From the human T2T-CHM13v2.0 reference genome, Homo sapiens, in NCBI RefSeq assembly GCF_009914755.1, contig NC_060938.1: a stretch of 64,000 nt of DNA. One strand, written 5' to 3'. A program made the translations under genes and the position numbers. Under the pieces are notes generated by a model that was not told the origin of the DNA, did no database searches, and worked only from the letters and a program-made list of their open reading frames with translations. Shown here one piece after another: positions 13,226-26,600 of the stretch (within the stretch, counting starts at the first letter, position 1; the number at the start of each line of letters is the position of its first letter).

Positions 13226-14019
13226 GTTTTGAAATTGTGAATAAGGCTGTTTTTTGTTTTCTCCTATCACTATTCAGTACATTATTCTTTGTTTAATGAT
13301 GGGTTGAACCCAGAGGATAACATACTGCTGTACACATCTATATATTTCTCTGTTGCATTTACTACTTAAAGCAGTTTATTATTCACCTTTGCAACATTTC
13401 CTAATGTTTTTCAATGTTTATTGGCAATAGCAAATATGAAGTTAAATATATTGTTACTTCTCCTGTATTGTAAGGTTATTCCAAAGTTGCCTTTCTCTAA
13501 TAATAAGACCCTGGAAACTTGTACATTTTAAATTTCACTTATCTCCAGATGTACCTTAATTATTGCATGTCTCATGAGTAGATTTTATTTGTTTATTTAT
13601 TTGTTTATCACATTGCTCCATGGCAGACAAAATTGCATCCTAAATGGACTGCAAAAGTAATGCTTGTTCTCAAAACAAGAACTGAGCCCATACTTGATGA
13701 ATATAACTGGCTTTTTCAGAAATAAAATAATTTTAAGGGTAAGTTGCTGGGAAAGCCCTTAAACTTAGCACGTCTCAGAAATTTGGCCCATGTTTTAAAA
13801 AAAAGTGTATTCACCTTAGAGTTTGAAAATATTTTAATCTATTAAATTAATGATCTACAGAATTTTTAAAAAAGAAATAGCTCTGTTATTTTGCCCTGTT
13901 TTATATCAAGCAATTCTTCAGTCTTACTTTACACTATCAGTTTATCAAGAGAGCGGTTTCATCTTTTCAATTGATCTCAATTGCTACTTTTTAAAAAAAT
14001 ATCAGCTTTGTATTCATTG

Positions 14020-15055
14020 ATTTTTTTTAACTTTTAGGTTCAGGGGTCCATGTAGAGTGTTGTTATATAGGTAAATTGGGTGTTGCAGGGATTTGGTATA
14101 CAGATTGTTTCATCACCCAGGTAATAAGCACAGTACCTGAGAGGGAGTTTTTCAGTCCTCGACCTCCTCCCACCCTCCACCCTCAAGTAGGCCCCAGTGT
14201 CTATTGTTCTCTTCTTTGTATCCATGTGTACTCAGTGTTTAGTTCCCACTTGCAAGGGAGAACATTTGGTATTTAGTTTTCTGTTCCTGCGTTAATTAGC
14301 TTAGGATATTGGCCTCCAGCTCCACCCATGTTGTTGCAAAATACATGATTTCGTTTTTGTTTGTTTGCTTTTTCATGGCTGCATAACATTCCATACTGTA
14401 TATGAACCACATTTTCTTTATCCAGTCTTCTGTTGATGGGCATCCAGTTGATTCCATGTTTTTGCTATTGTGAATAGTGCTGTGAGGAACATAGGTGTGC
14501 ATGTGTCTTTATGATAGAACAATCTATATTCCTTTGGGTATATATCACAATAATGAGATTGCTGGGTTGAATGGTAGTTGTATTTTAAGTTCTTTGAATA
14601 ATCACCATACTGCTTTCCACAGCGGCTGAACTAATTTATATTCCCACCAGCAGTGTATAAAAGTTTCTTTTTTTTCTTCTTTTTTGCAGCCTCCCCAGCA
14701 TCTGTTATTTTTTTACTTTTTAATGATAGCCATTCTGACTGGCATGACATAGTATCTTTTGTTGTGGTTCTGATTTGAATTTCTGTAATGATTAGTGATG
14801 TTGAGCAATTTTTCATATGCTTCTTGGCCACGTGTATGTCTTCTTTTGAAAAGTGTCTGTTCATGTCCTTTGCCCACTTTTTAATGGGATTGTTTGTTTG
14901 TTTTTCTTGTAAATTTGTTTAAATTCTTTACAGATGCTGGAATATTAGACCTCTGTCAGATGCGTAGTTTGCAAATATGTCTCCCAGTCTGCTTACTCTG
15001 TTTATAGTTTCTTTTGCTGTGTGAAAACTCTTTAGCTTAATTAGGTCCCATTTGA
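14020..15055 (-). mobile_element. 5'-truncated L1 (L1PA15/16-like), ~1 kb: 3'UTR plus ORF2 C-terminus
   Basis: Reverse-strand L1 3'UTR; ORF pieces [17 protein letters not shown] and DWIKKMWFIYSMECYAA are the L1 ORF2 C-terminus. Confidence 0.95.
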
Positions 15056-17344
15056 TCAATTCTTAAATTTTTATAGGAATTTATTATTTTCACAACAGCA
15101 GGGGAGAGCCATTCTTGACAAAAATGCAACTGTCTGATGTTTATTGGAATAAGCATGTATTTCTGATATGGTGTGTTTTGGTATCTAAGAAAAAGAATCA
15201 CTCTTCTGACTCTTTTTCCTTTTCTTGTGTTTTTGCTAACTTTTGACTTTGAAATACAGTGTATTTTCTCATTTTAAAATCAGTTTTGGAGTTTATTTAC
15301 TGACCATTGATACCCATACGCAGAAATAATAGCACGTTATAAGAAAATTCAGCACCTAGTGAAAAAATCAGGAAATCTTCCTGGAATGTCAATACAGGAA
15401 ACTCAAAAATAGTTAGATCCTGTAGAGGCATATTTTCCCTTTTCCAAACTGTCTGAGAGAGGATTTCATTTTGTATGCATAGAACAAAGTCTAGTGTATA
15501 CATTAAGAGAACTTTATGACAACAGGGAATCTTTGTGGACTTGAAAAATCAATAAAATATTTATAAGAAAATATAGCTACTGAGTACATACAATCCCTGG
15601 TTATCATCTCATGTTATGGGTGATGGCTTCAGCTAACTTCAAGTTGCAAAATATAATTTATTACTATAAAATCACCCTTACTACAAAGCTGAGCTCTTTC
15701 AAGTTGATACAGGTTATTGCCCTGCAAGGAGGTAATGCCCGTCCCCACTCAGAGCTCAAACAGTTAACATTCAGCACTTGGGACCAATTTGGCTGACATG
15801 AAAGAACACCTGGCGCAGTAATGGCTCTTTACTGGTGATCTGTATATCACTACACTGAAGTTATAGAATGCCAGAAGTGCTTCAGATGTGAATTTATTTT
15901 GTTACTGGGCTTAATGCACCAACTTGAATTTTTAGATGAGTCACTTTTCTGTCAAATAAATTTGTCTTTTGATCATCAAGCACTTTAAAATAATGCTGAT
16001 AAATAGGCAATGGATAAAAATGTGTCCGTTTGATCAGAGGTTTTCTTTCTTCCACTTATGCTGGAACCACTAAGATTGAATAATATTTCAAATCCATCTT
16101 GAAATGAAACAGGTATAGATAAATATGAATTATATAGGCTAGATAGAGCAACTGACCTTGGTTTTACATGGCTGGGTTCCCATACCTGTCATGCCTGGAC
16201 ATGCAGAACACTGGTCACAGTTAGTCTTTGCAAAGGATGCCCCTCTGTGCCTAGATCATGCGTAGTGGACACAGTATTTTAGAAAGCAATGGCACTCACA
16301 TGAGATGGAAAGATGGAGTTTGGTTAAACTATCACTGAGTGCACAATTGGCACCACAGCCCATGGGGTCACTGGTACAGGTGGATTCAAAGCAAGTGAGG
16401 AGTTTGATTAAACCAACATTCTTAAATCGCATAAAGTTTTTGTAGTCAGTTAACTGAATAAATCATACTCTTACCTGCTTTGAATTTATGACTTTTCCCC
16501 TAATGACATTTAAGAGCTAGAATTCACTTAAGAGTTCCTCTAGTCCAAACTCCTTACAGTATAGGAGAAAACTAAATTTCCAATTCATCAAGGGGAGATA
16601 GTAAGCTACATAGCATAGTAGTGGGTGTCAAACTATATCTAAAATAAAAGTATAAAAATTTCCTTTGCAGTGATCCCTTTCCAAAATTCTATTCAAGTTC
16701 TCTTTACCTTATTAATGTGTTGGCAGCCACCTTTCACCTGATGATTATAAGAAACATCATAGGGAAGTGACCTTACAATTATGGAGTTCTGGTTTTAGTC
16801 TCTCTTCAAGTCCGTTCTGCTGTAGGGATTGCACAGTTTTGATCCTGGCTTGTTAACCTCATTAGCATTGATTCTCAACACCTGTGCCTGTGGTTAGTTG
16901 GGGACCTAAGGTGCATGACTTCTTTGTACCAGGGACCACCACCAAAAACCATTTCTCTCATGACCCAATGGAATACGTGGAACCAGTGAATCTGGAATCA
17001 AGTGTGAATGTTGGACAGGATATTATAAATATTTTGTGCAGTCTACATTTTATGATATTTCATGCAATAGAGGTTTGGACAACAGGCAAAGGAAAAGCAA
17101 ATGAAGCTATTTTCTTTTGTCTCTTTCTTTTTTTTGTACTGAAGTTGATGGGGTTTTATTTGCTTTCCTAATGAGATGGTGATTTACATGTTTTGGAGAA
17201 CTGCTATCTCTGTGCCCTCTGTGCATGGTTTTAGCCTTGCAAACCTGAATCAGAGGCATGTGTGAGTCCAGAGCAGATGTGTGCAGCTGGGCAAACCTCT
17301 TTGCCATTGCTCTTCCTTGGAACGATAATCCACATGCTGAGATT

Positions 17345-17620
17345 TCAAATGAGTTTAATACACATTTTCTTGATTAATGGAAAATGGCAGAGTGTAGGAG
17401 ACTGAAACAGTTCGTGCTTTGCTTGATTAATTAATAAGGGACTCTCTTTTCCCAGCTTCGACTCATTATGCTAATGAAGTGTCATCAATTAAGGCTTTCC
17501 CTTGATTATTGAATCTGTCAGGTAGTGCTCAGTGAAAATGTTGCATTCCTTTGCTGTCTGGGTGGAATTGCCATTACAGCTTTTTATGAACTGCTCCTGC
17601 CATTAGCTGCTGTTTGTTCT
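17345..17620. promoter_or_regulatory. Candidate homeodomain-rich enhancer / conserved non-coding element
   Basis: Not recognisable as a repeat; dense TGATTAATGG, TGATTAATT, TCATTATGCTAATGA, TGTCATCAATTAA, CTGTCA and TTTTTATGA motifs. Function is inferred only. Confidence 0.4.
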
Positions 17621-18999
17621 ATTTTCTCATTATTGTATCTTTTTCTTGACCTTGAGAGAAGTGACTGTGGAAAGCCTGGAATGAACTGAAAGATGTTATA
17701 TCTGGGAGTACAAGTTGAGAAAATATGTCAACAGAAAGATATACACCATTCTTCATTCAGAAACCACTGGTAATTATTAATGATAGAGTAAAAAATGAAT
17801 CAAAAGAATGTGTTGAAATTTCTGAAGTAAGTCTTTGGCATTGTCATTAGATTAGATAAGTAGTTCAGAAATAAATTATCATTAACCATTTGTCATCCTG
17901 CTCTTCACGTTGTATTTTAAGAGGAAGAATTTTTCCTAAGGGAAATATTCTGTGAACAAAAGAGTGCATATTAAAATGTGTTTTTTTTTTCTTCAGGTAA
18001 AGTTTTCCTTTTAAAAAAAAAACAAAAGCAAATATTACTTGGATATGGAACCAAGTAAAGATGACAGAAATGTAAAAATAGTAGAACATAACCTAGGAAA
18101 GCTTGTGGGTTAGGCTTAGTAAACAAAATTTTTGTATGTCTTAGTAGCCTTTTCTCCCCGACACTGAAGATGAGGCTTTGAGTATGAACCAGCCGAGCAA
18201 CAGGAGTCAGCTCCTGTTGCTTAATACACCCATTAGGGGACATCTTACTTTAGGATTAAGGTGGTACTCGTTAGTGAGAGACTCTAAAGCCGTTTTAAAA
18301 AGTTGTGTGTAGTAGAATACCGGAGTAAGACACTTACAATCACCCATCCCGTTCCCATTTTTGTAACTGACATCTTAGGGGAGCAATAATAATGAATTAA
18401 TTTATTTTTTTTCTTTACCTAAAGAACAAAATAGTTTTATATTTTTATGGTATATCCCTGGCCCTAAAATAATTATTTTAAACTAATGGTGTCATCTGTT
18501 TAATTAATCCATCAATGACTCAGTTTCCCTAACTGGAATGAGAATATAATGTTTATTCATGACTACTCTTCTGAATATTTCGGATATAAATCAATGAAAA
18601 AGTAAATGGGATACTCTACTTTCTTTTAGGGGAAAAAAATTACACTGTTTTGCTTGGTTTAAACTGCAAAATAAAATGATGTTTTTAGAGAGGGGATTTT
18701 ACATCCAACTGATTAATTTCAATTATTTCTGGTAAAATAGACTTTAGGGTGTGAATATATATGAAGTTTGCAGATCAATAAATACAGTTATTTTTTAGAT
18801 GGACAATGATATGTGTTTAATTCATAACCAAGGGTTTTTAAAAAATATATAAAAGGAAATAGAATACAATCAGTTTAACAAACATGGCTTGAAAGTCAAC
18901 ATTTTGCCCATTCTCATGCCATCATTCCTCTAATAAACTTTATTATTGGTAGGAATTGAGCATGAGGAGACGCAGCCTTTATAAGTATGTAAATACACC

Positions 19000-19212
19000 A
19001 ATGCTGGAGTCAAAGAGCCTGAGCATGAATCTTAACTCTCTCCCCTTTACTAGTTTTGTGAACATGAACAATTTACTTAACTGTGATATGCTTCACTTTT
19101 CTCTATCATAACGAAAGGAGTACCTGCCTCATTCAGTTGTGTACTAAATGAGTTAATAAATGTAAAGCTTCTAGAAGCATATTAGTACAGATTAAATGCT
19201 ATAAAAAACATT
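19000..19212 (+). mobile_element. MIR
   Basis: ctggagtcaaagagcctg...tttacttaac...gtacctgcctca...taaatgagttaataaatgtaaagc: MIR core. Confidence 0.8.
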
Positions 19213-19359
19213 TGGGAAATATATTTTACTGACAAATCTTACTAAATTTTAGGATCACATAGATAGGTGTTCAGAATCTATCTCTATGGACATCGTTATT
19301 ATTTTATTTTTCCATTTTTGGATCTTGAGTAATGAGATGATATTTAAGCCTCAATTTTC

Positions 19360-19667
<308 letters not shown>

Positions 19668-20302
19668 ATCTCAATTTTCGTATCTGTAAAATAGGCATAA
19701 TGATAGAATCTACCATATTTTGTTTTACAAGGATTAAGTTCTGATACATAATCAGTACTTAATAAATGTAATTATTATCTCCAATTTTTGTTTACACATT
19801 GAACATCGTTGCCACATCAAAATAGTTTATTTTTCTTTCTTAAATTCAGTATATAATAAAATCATTTTCTTACAAATGCTTCAGCTAGAAACAGGTAATG
19901 TCATATACTCTAAGATTTGGTTTTAAAAATACATTATTGGGCATATACTTTGCAGTCTAATGTTCTCTTCTCTTGCCACAGCAAAACCCTGAATTATATC
20001 AGAAAAGCAAACATAACAACCTTAATAGAAATGGATTATATAGAAACAGAAAATCCCTCCTACTGTTAAAATATATTAGTTTTCTTAAAAAGGAAAGTAA
20101 TATTTACTTTTGACTGACATAATTATAGCTAAGGCACAGAGTATCATAATTTCAAGTTTTATTGAAACTCAAAAGTTTACTCCATTTTCTACTAGGTTTT
20201 TTTTTCTTTTTTTCTTTTTTTTTTTTTTTTGCCAAAATAAACATTACTCTTTCAAGCAAAATATAAAAACTTTGATCCTAATTTTAAAGTCTTTTTCAGT
20301 AT

Positions 20303-20346
20303 AATCATCATCATCATTATCATCATCATTATCTTCATGATCATCA
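20303..20346. repeat. (ATC)n trinucleotide microsatellite, imperfect
   Basis: atcatcatcatcattatcatcatcattatcttcatgatcatc. Confidence 0.85.
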
Positions 20347-20559
20347 CAACACATATATGTGAAGTGATTTGGGTAATATGTATTCATTCAAATAACTGAA
20401 CAAAGAAGTCTTTTCTCTCAATGTATAAAATGCAAATTACGAAATGACTGTAAAATTAGAGGCTACTGTTGCTCTGTACTTAGAATTTATTTTACTTTTA
20501 CTATTCTTTTTCTTCACCTACTTTTGTATTTTCATAACATACTTGGTTTTTTATGAATT

Positions 20560-22918
20560 ATGCAACCACTTTTGAGAAATTCAAAAGCAAAGTAGACACT
20601 TGCCCACTTGCCCTTTTTACCTGGGCACATAGCTAAGCCTATATTCTCAAATTCCTCTGAAGATTGCTGTAACCATGTGACCAAGTATTCACCAGTGGAA
20701 TGACAGAGAGGGTAGTATGCACATTTCTGGGTCTATTATATAAAAATCACTCATTAGCACTCCTTCACACTGCTTTTCCTTCCTTCTGTCTTAAATAGAA
20801 ACCCCCAGAGTGCCTCAAGCTTGATCATTGACCTGAAATTTCACAGACAGTTACATGAGAATGCTATTGTCTTGAAGTATTATATGTTTAGTTCTATCAT
20901 CCGTAGCCCAGCTCACCAAAACTAGTAGAAGAAATATAATATTGAAATGGAGTGCTGACTTAAAAAAAAAACATGTGCTATAACATAAGCAATTTTTGCT
21001 CTAACAGCAACAACAACAAATTGGAGACTATGTAATATACACAGCAAGTTGCAAAGATGTACATTTGGGCTATGTTTGGAATGTTTGGAGGCAAAGCATT
21101 TTGGAAAGTCATCCGTAGTTACTTGGAAAGCAGACCAAGTGGCCCCTGAACATTTAGCTAAGGGAAAAGTTGAAAAAAGTAAAAATATTAAGAAATATGT
21201 GACTATTATTTGCTGCACTGAGCCATGAATTATAAGAAAGAGCTGAGCTTAGGCAAGATTTAACAGGTTTTAAACAAAGATTGAAGGGAAAAGAGAAATC
21301 CAGAGATTAAAGCATCATAGGGCTGGAAAACTGAACTACTCTGAGCCCTGAATAAGAGGAGATAAGACTAGAAAATGCTCTGAGAACCAAAGGCATATTA
21401 AGATAGTATAATCAAAGGGCTTCGGTTTGTGCAAAAATCAGCTTAAGATGTCTTGTCTTCTCATCCAGTCCTATTGTTTTATATGTTCTTAAAGGGAAAA
21501 GAGAAAGAGAGGACAAACATATGTGGAGGGAGAGGAAGAGCGAAGAAAGCCAACTTGATAGAGTCAAAAATGATATCTAGGAAAAATATTTGGCAGCATT
21601 TATTGGAGCATAGAAGTAACTTAAATATGGAATTTATCTGAAATATGTACATTTTTAATGGAGTTGTATGCTTCAGCCCATAAAGTTATTAACTATTCAG
21701 AAATTTGAGTGATGTGGATATGAAAAATTTAGTATTATTTTACAAATTTCTGTAAGTCTGTTGTTAAATTAAAAGTTAAAAAAGCCTCCCATCCCCAGTA
21801 AAGAGCAAGAATATGGACATAGGGTGTGTAATAATAGATACTGGAAACTTGAAAGAGTAGAAAGTTATTTAATGTGTACAATGTCAATTATTTCCATGAT
21901 GGTTATACTAAAAGCCCAAACTTCACCACTAGGAAATATATCCACCTAACAAAACTGCACTTGCACCTCTTAGATTTATACAAATGAAAAAAATAAAAAT
22001 TTTAAAAAGAGCAAGAATAATAGAACAACAGCAAAAGTGTGTGTGTATGTATGTGACATATAGGAGAGCATGTGTGTGTATGAGAGAGAATGTGGCATAA
22101 ACAAAGCCTGAGGTCACAGGAATTTCACCAGCAGGAACATGGCTGTCCAAATCATGAAGTTTCTAAGTAGGGCATTCTCCATGTCCCTGGGAAGTGGCTT
22201 TCCATGGTGCTTGTTTTGCAGGATTTGTCCTGCCAAGATCTAGGAACTGAACTGTTCTATATCTCCTTTTCCCCTTTCATGAATATGAGTTTTCATCTTG
22301 CTCTTGCTGTGAGGCTGAGCATGGTGGGAGAGATTCCATAACTTCTCTTTCGATTCATAGGTCATTAGAACAAGCAGAACAAAATTTAAACCTAATGGAC
22401 TTTGAGCTGACTTCTGTAACTGGAGGGTAGCTAGGTTGTCTCACTTGGCTAGGACTAAGTGTTTTCTCAATGGAAAAAGTTGCACACTCGGGTGAAGGGG
22501 CCAACTTATTTGATGGCTATTTGCAGTTCTCTCAGGAACAGATTCTTCTTTTTCCTGGACTACATTTTCCAGTTTTCCTTTCAGATAAATATGTGCATAT
22601 GACTGTACTCCCTTTTAGCAAATAATGGGCCTCCCCTGGCCTTGATCTCCTAAATGCAGTCCTTTGTGCTCATTTCCCCTTCTGACTGACTTAGAGTATG
22701 ATCCCCAGGGAAATCATGCAAACTGCACACTGACATTAGAGAAGTTGCCCTCAGCCTTGATACTCACATGATTTTGTGAAGTAGACGATCCCTGTATATT
22801 TGTGAAGTAGATCGATCCCTGTATATTTGGAAATTCCCTGTACTACACAATTTCATTGTGTTGATCTATTATATATTTGTCCAGTTGTTTTCCTAGCCTA
22901 TCCTACGCTAATGAGCAC
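20560..22918 (+). mobile_element. Old MaLR provirus (MLT1J-like LTR - internal - LTR)
   Basis: LTR-like blocks at ~20560-20929 and ~22508-22918 share the core (ctacattttccag / catgtgac / ccccag). The interval has MLT1-internal signatures (gttacttggaaagcagac, ggactttgagctga). Confidence 0.65.
21814..22005 (+). mobile_element. L1 3' end (L1PB/L1MA-like) nested in the MaLR internal region
   Basis: gatggttatactaaaagcccaaacttcaccact...aaaactgcacttg plus an A-tail; 14-bp TSD aaagagcaagaata at 21800-21813 and 22006-22019. Confidence 0.9.
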
Positions 22919-24229
22919 AAAGGATAAAATCCAATTGGAATTGTAAGGATCTAAGAAATTTATTAATCTAAATTTGTATAAATCAAATTGGTTTAGGGGT
23001 TATTTAAAAACCTCAACTTACCTACAAAATATTTCCAAATTTATGTAGTAAGTGAAAGATAAAATTAGGCTAAAACACCATTAGAAATGATAGGTGGTCT
23101 ATATTTCCTAACACTGTACTGATGGCACTTAAAATTATGTTGAATTTATCTTTGTCCTAATGTTAAAAAGCAAAATAAATGGTGAAAAGTCTCCTCAAAT
23201 CATTTTGTGACTATATCTAGACTGGGCGGACAACACTATTACTACTTGTCACCTTGCTATTATATTCTATAGTACTAAAGTGTTAGAAAAATGTCTGTCA
23301 TCATGTCATTTGAAAATAAAATTTTTACCATTGATTCTTTATATCTCTGAAAGCAGAATTTTGTTACAGTGATTCTGAATGTTTATTAGCAAAATATTTT
23401 TGCAAACCAAAAAAAGAAAGAAGAGTTTACTATTCACATTTACTTCAATAGAAACATTTTTCCTTTATAAACCTCATTATAGAAAATCAGTAATATGGAA
23501 ATTAAGTGAGTGTATCTAAATATTGGATGTTATTCTAATATAGAAATAAAAACATTTAAAATTAATAGTTTCGTGTCAACAGCACAAACTGTAATTTGAA
23601 TTTCTGATATGTTAGCACTGTTTTTAGTTTCATGGAAACTCTTTACATTTATTTTACTTTTGGGTGATCTAAATTGCAGTCTCAGGTGCTGATTTTTTTG
23701 TTGTTGTTTTTTAACTCATTTTGTTTTTCTTGATACATCCAGGAAATTGAAAAGTAAAGTAGGAAACATAATGTCCTGATAAAAAAACAACAGGGCTTCT
23801 TGTGCTGAGGTAAGTGCAAGCAGTAATTCTGCATTGCAGTTATTACTACGAAATCAATAAGTATAGAACTAGAAAACAAATGTGTCTCTCTGGAGGTTTA
23901 ATCAACCAGCAATCTCCAATAGTGCCCTTCTGTGAACATAGTGTCATTTTTATGAAGAATTTATTAACTTACGCTTTATTTTTGAATCAGGGCATGCAAT
24001 TGCAATGTCATTATTTAATGGTTAGACAATACTCTGTTGATTTATGTGTGGATCATGTTTTAAAGGCACATTCAGGAACGGGAGGACAAAATGGAGAATG
24101 GGCCGAATTCTCTTCAAATAAAATACGTAGTAAGGTTTAAATTTGTGCTCTTACTCTTTTAAACAATGATAAGATGACAGATTATGTAGTAAAATGCATG
24201 TCCTACAGGTTTACAACGTGTTCTTGTTT

Positions 24230-24990
24230 AAGTAATAAAACTAATACATGTTTATTATACAGAGTAAAAAGAAGAAAATAAACTTTACCCATAATTCTAC
24301 CAGAAAATAGTTACTTTTCTGTGTAACTACTTCCAATCTATTTACCCATCATCATCATCTGTCTATCTCTGTCATCTGTCCATTCAGACTCTTTTAGCTT
24401 GTTTGCATGTGTACATGTGATATATGTATTTCTTTGTTCTTTTAATTTTTGCCAAATTGCATTATACCATTTATGAAATTTTATTTTCTCCTTTTTGCAC
24501 TTTACATGTATTTTTAGCATTTTCCATATCGTTAAATATGCTTCTAAAATAAAACTTTAGATAGCCACATGGAATTCTTTATTTAGATGTACTATTTATT
24601 CATTTATTTATAGTCAGACATTTGCGATTTCCAATTTTGCATCTAATTAACATCTTTTCTGCAAACATCTTAATATCTCTTATTCACAATTCCTGAGCTC
24701 AGGTTTTATTATTTTATTATTGTAGGTTTTTAGAGATATAATTTCCTGCTCACAAAGAGGAAGTTCTTTGAAAGGCTTTTGCATTAACTGCCAAACGGTT
24801 TTAGAATAGGTATACTAATATATATTCCAAGTGTGTGCAGGAGGATCTGCTTACTAGCCAACCTTAAGCATTATTTTTATTAAAATATTTGATATTTGAC
24901 TAAATTGTATTTTATTACTCTTTAAATTTCAACTCAGATAACATTTATTATATATCTTTATTTGGTTAGTTGTCAATTGCATTTCATTTT
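24230..24990 (-). mobile_element. Ancient L1ME-type 3' fragment
   Basis: Degenerate reverse-strand L1M 3' features (gcattttccatatc, gatttccaattttgc, actgccaaac). Confidence 0.55.
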
Positions 24991-25699
24991 TACAATGTAT
25001 ATTTTTAATATAAATGATGCAAACCATGATACTTACAAATGGAGGTAACACTAGATATTTTTTCCTTGTTTCTGAATTTAACAGACCTGCCCTTACATTT
25101 TAACTATAAAGTGTGGTATTGAATAAAATCATAACATAGCCTTTAATTGAAGAACAAAGGGAACATAATGTGCTTATTTTTCACATTATTTTTTCCTTGT
25201 AGTTCTGCTTTGCCATGTCACTGCATCATTTGTTTCAAAGGAAAATGGTTCAAAAGAATCATTTATGTAGAATTGAAATTATCTTTTTCTGTAATATACA
25301 ACCATATGAAGCAAATTGCCATTAGGAATATTTTTCCTCACTAAAAAATATGTCTTTGGTTTAATATAATAAAAATCATCTAAGTTAGACCTCAATAAAC
25401 GAGGGTGTGGATTTAATTACTTGTGTACAAGATGGACCATATTAAACATTTTATCATCAGTTTTTAAAGGTCTAGATATGCAAATTGTTGTGAATTTTAA
25501 AGCAAGTAATTCTTAATCTACCTAAGATAAACTATTTTTAAGAATTTTAAAAATATGATTTATATGCAAATATATTATGTGCTAAGTTCCACTGTTTCTT
25601 GTCTGCATAACAAGCAGGCTTGACAAAAGAGGGCTACTCAGCAATACTGTTGGCTGCTGGTTTGGTGTTATGCTATTGATTTTACTTCTAGATCAATTA

Positions 25700-26600
25700 T
25701 GCTTTAAAAAAATGATGTAACATATCCAAGTAAGTATTACTGCCTTCAATATTGTAACTCTGAAAGTTTCTATTCTGATTTTAATGATACTATCACTATT
25801 TAAACCCTATGTAAATATTCTCCTTTGGAAATATTTTAACGCCCTCTACAATACTCTAAATATTTTAGCTAGTTGCAACTTATTATTCATTTTGCAAACA
25901 CAAAACCTGTGGAACCAAGTAGTGTGTAGGGATATATGCACTATACAGTGTTGATCCAACACTGCTTCACAAAAAGCGCCATGTGAGCAAATGATTTATT
26001 GATAAAGCACGTTGTCATTGAGCATTCACATACGCTTCGTTAATTTGAATCAAATATAATCTTTCAAGTTTCTCAGATTTTAAACATAATAAACTTGATT
26101 GATCATTTGACATTTTAAAATCAATATTGAATGACCACTATCAATTATTTAAAGTCTTTGTCTCAGGTTTTGACATATAATCACTTTTACATCTTGAAAA
26201 TGAGAGAGTATTCCATGACATGCCAAAATTTTTTTCAAACGCATTTAATTATTATTATTATTATTTTTTTATCTAGCATGTCTTGAGCTTTGAAGTTTCT
26301 GGTCTGCACTCAAAACATATATGTCACCATCTTAGAAGAAACTTTGTTCTTATTCAATTATTTTTCACATCAAAATTTTTCCATACTTAATCAGAATTCA
26401 GATTTTAATTCCATATATTAAATGTTGGACATTTTAAACAATGTCTTTGTCCCTGTAAACTTATTCCTTTGTTTGTTGTTGTTGTTGTTAGTTATTATTC
26501 CAATAGCCACCAACTCTATTCAGATTCACATCATTTTACAAGGTCTATCACAATATTCATATATACAGTACCAGATAAACACTCACTGAATAAAATTCCA
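25700..26600 (-). mobile_element. Mariner/Tc1 transposase fossil (MARNA-related)
   Basis: Minus strand gives KVSSKMVT..(fs)..VLSADQK (26345-26297, WVPHEL-region like), W-N-T-L-S...M-S-K-P-E-T-K-T-L (~26220-26150) and N-D-N-V (~26008-26019, HDNA catalytic motif like); 25720-25880 resembles MARNA. Confidence 0.6.

Noticed and set aside
23814-24140. 108-aa ORF
   Set aside because: GTG start, no homology recognised; length is compatible with chance in 64 kb.
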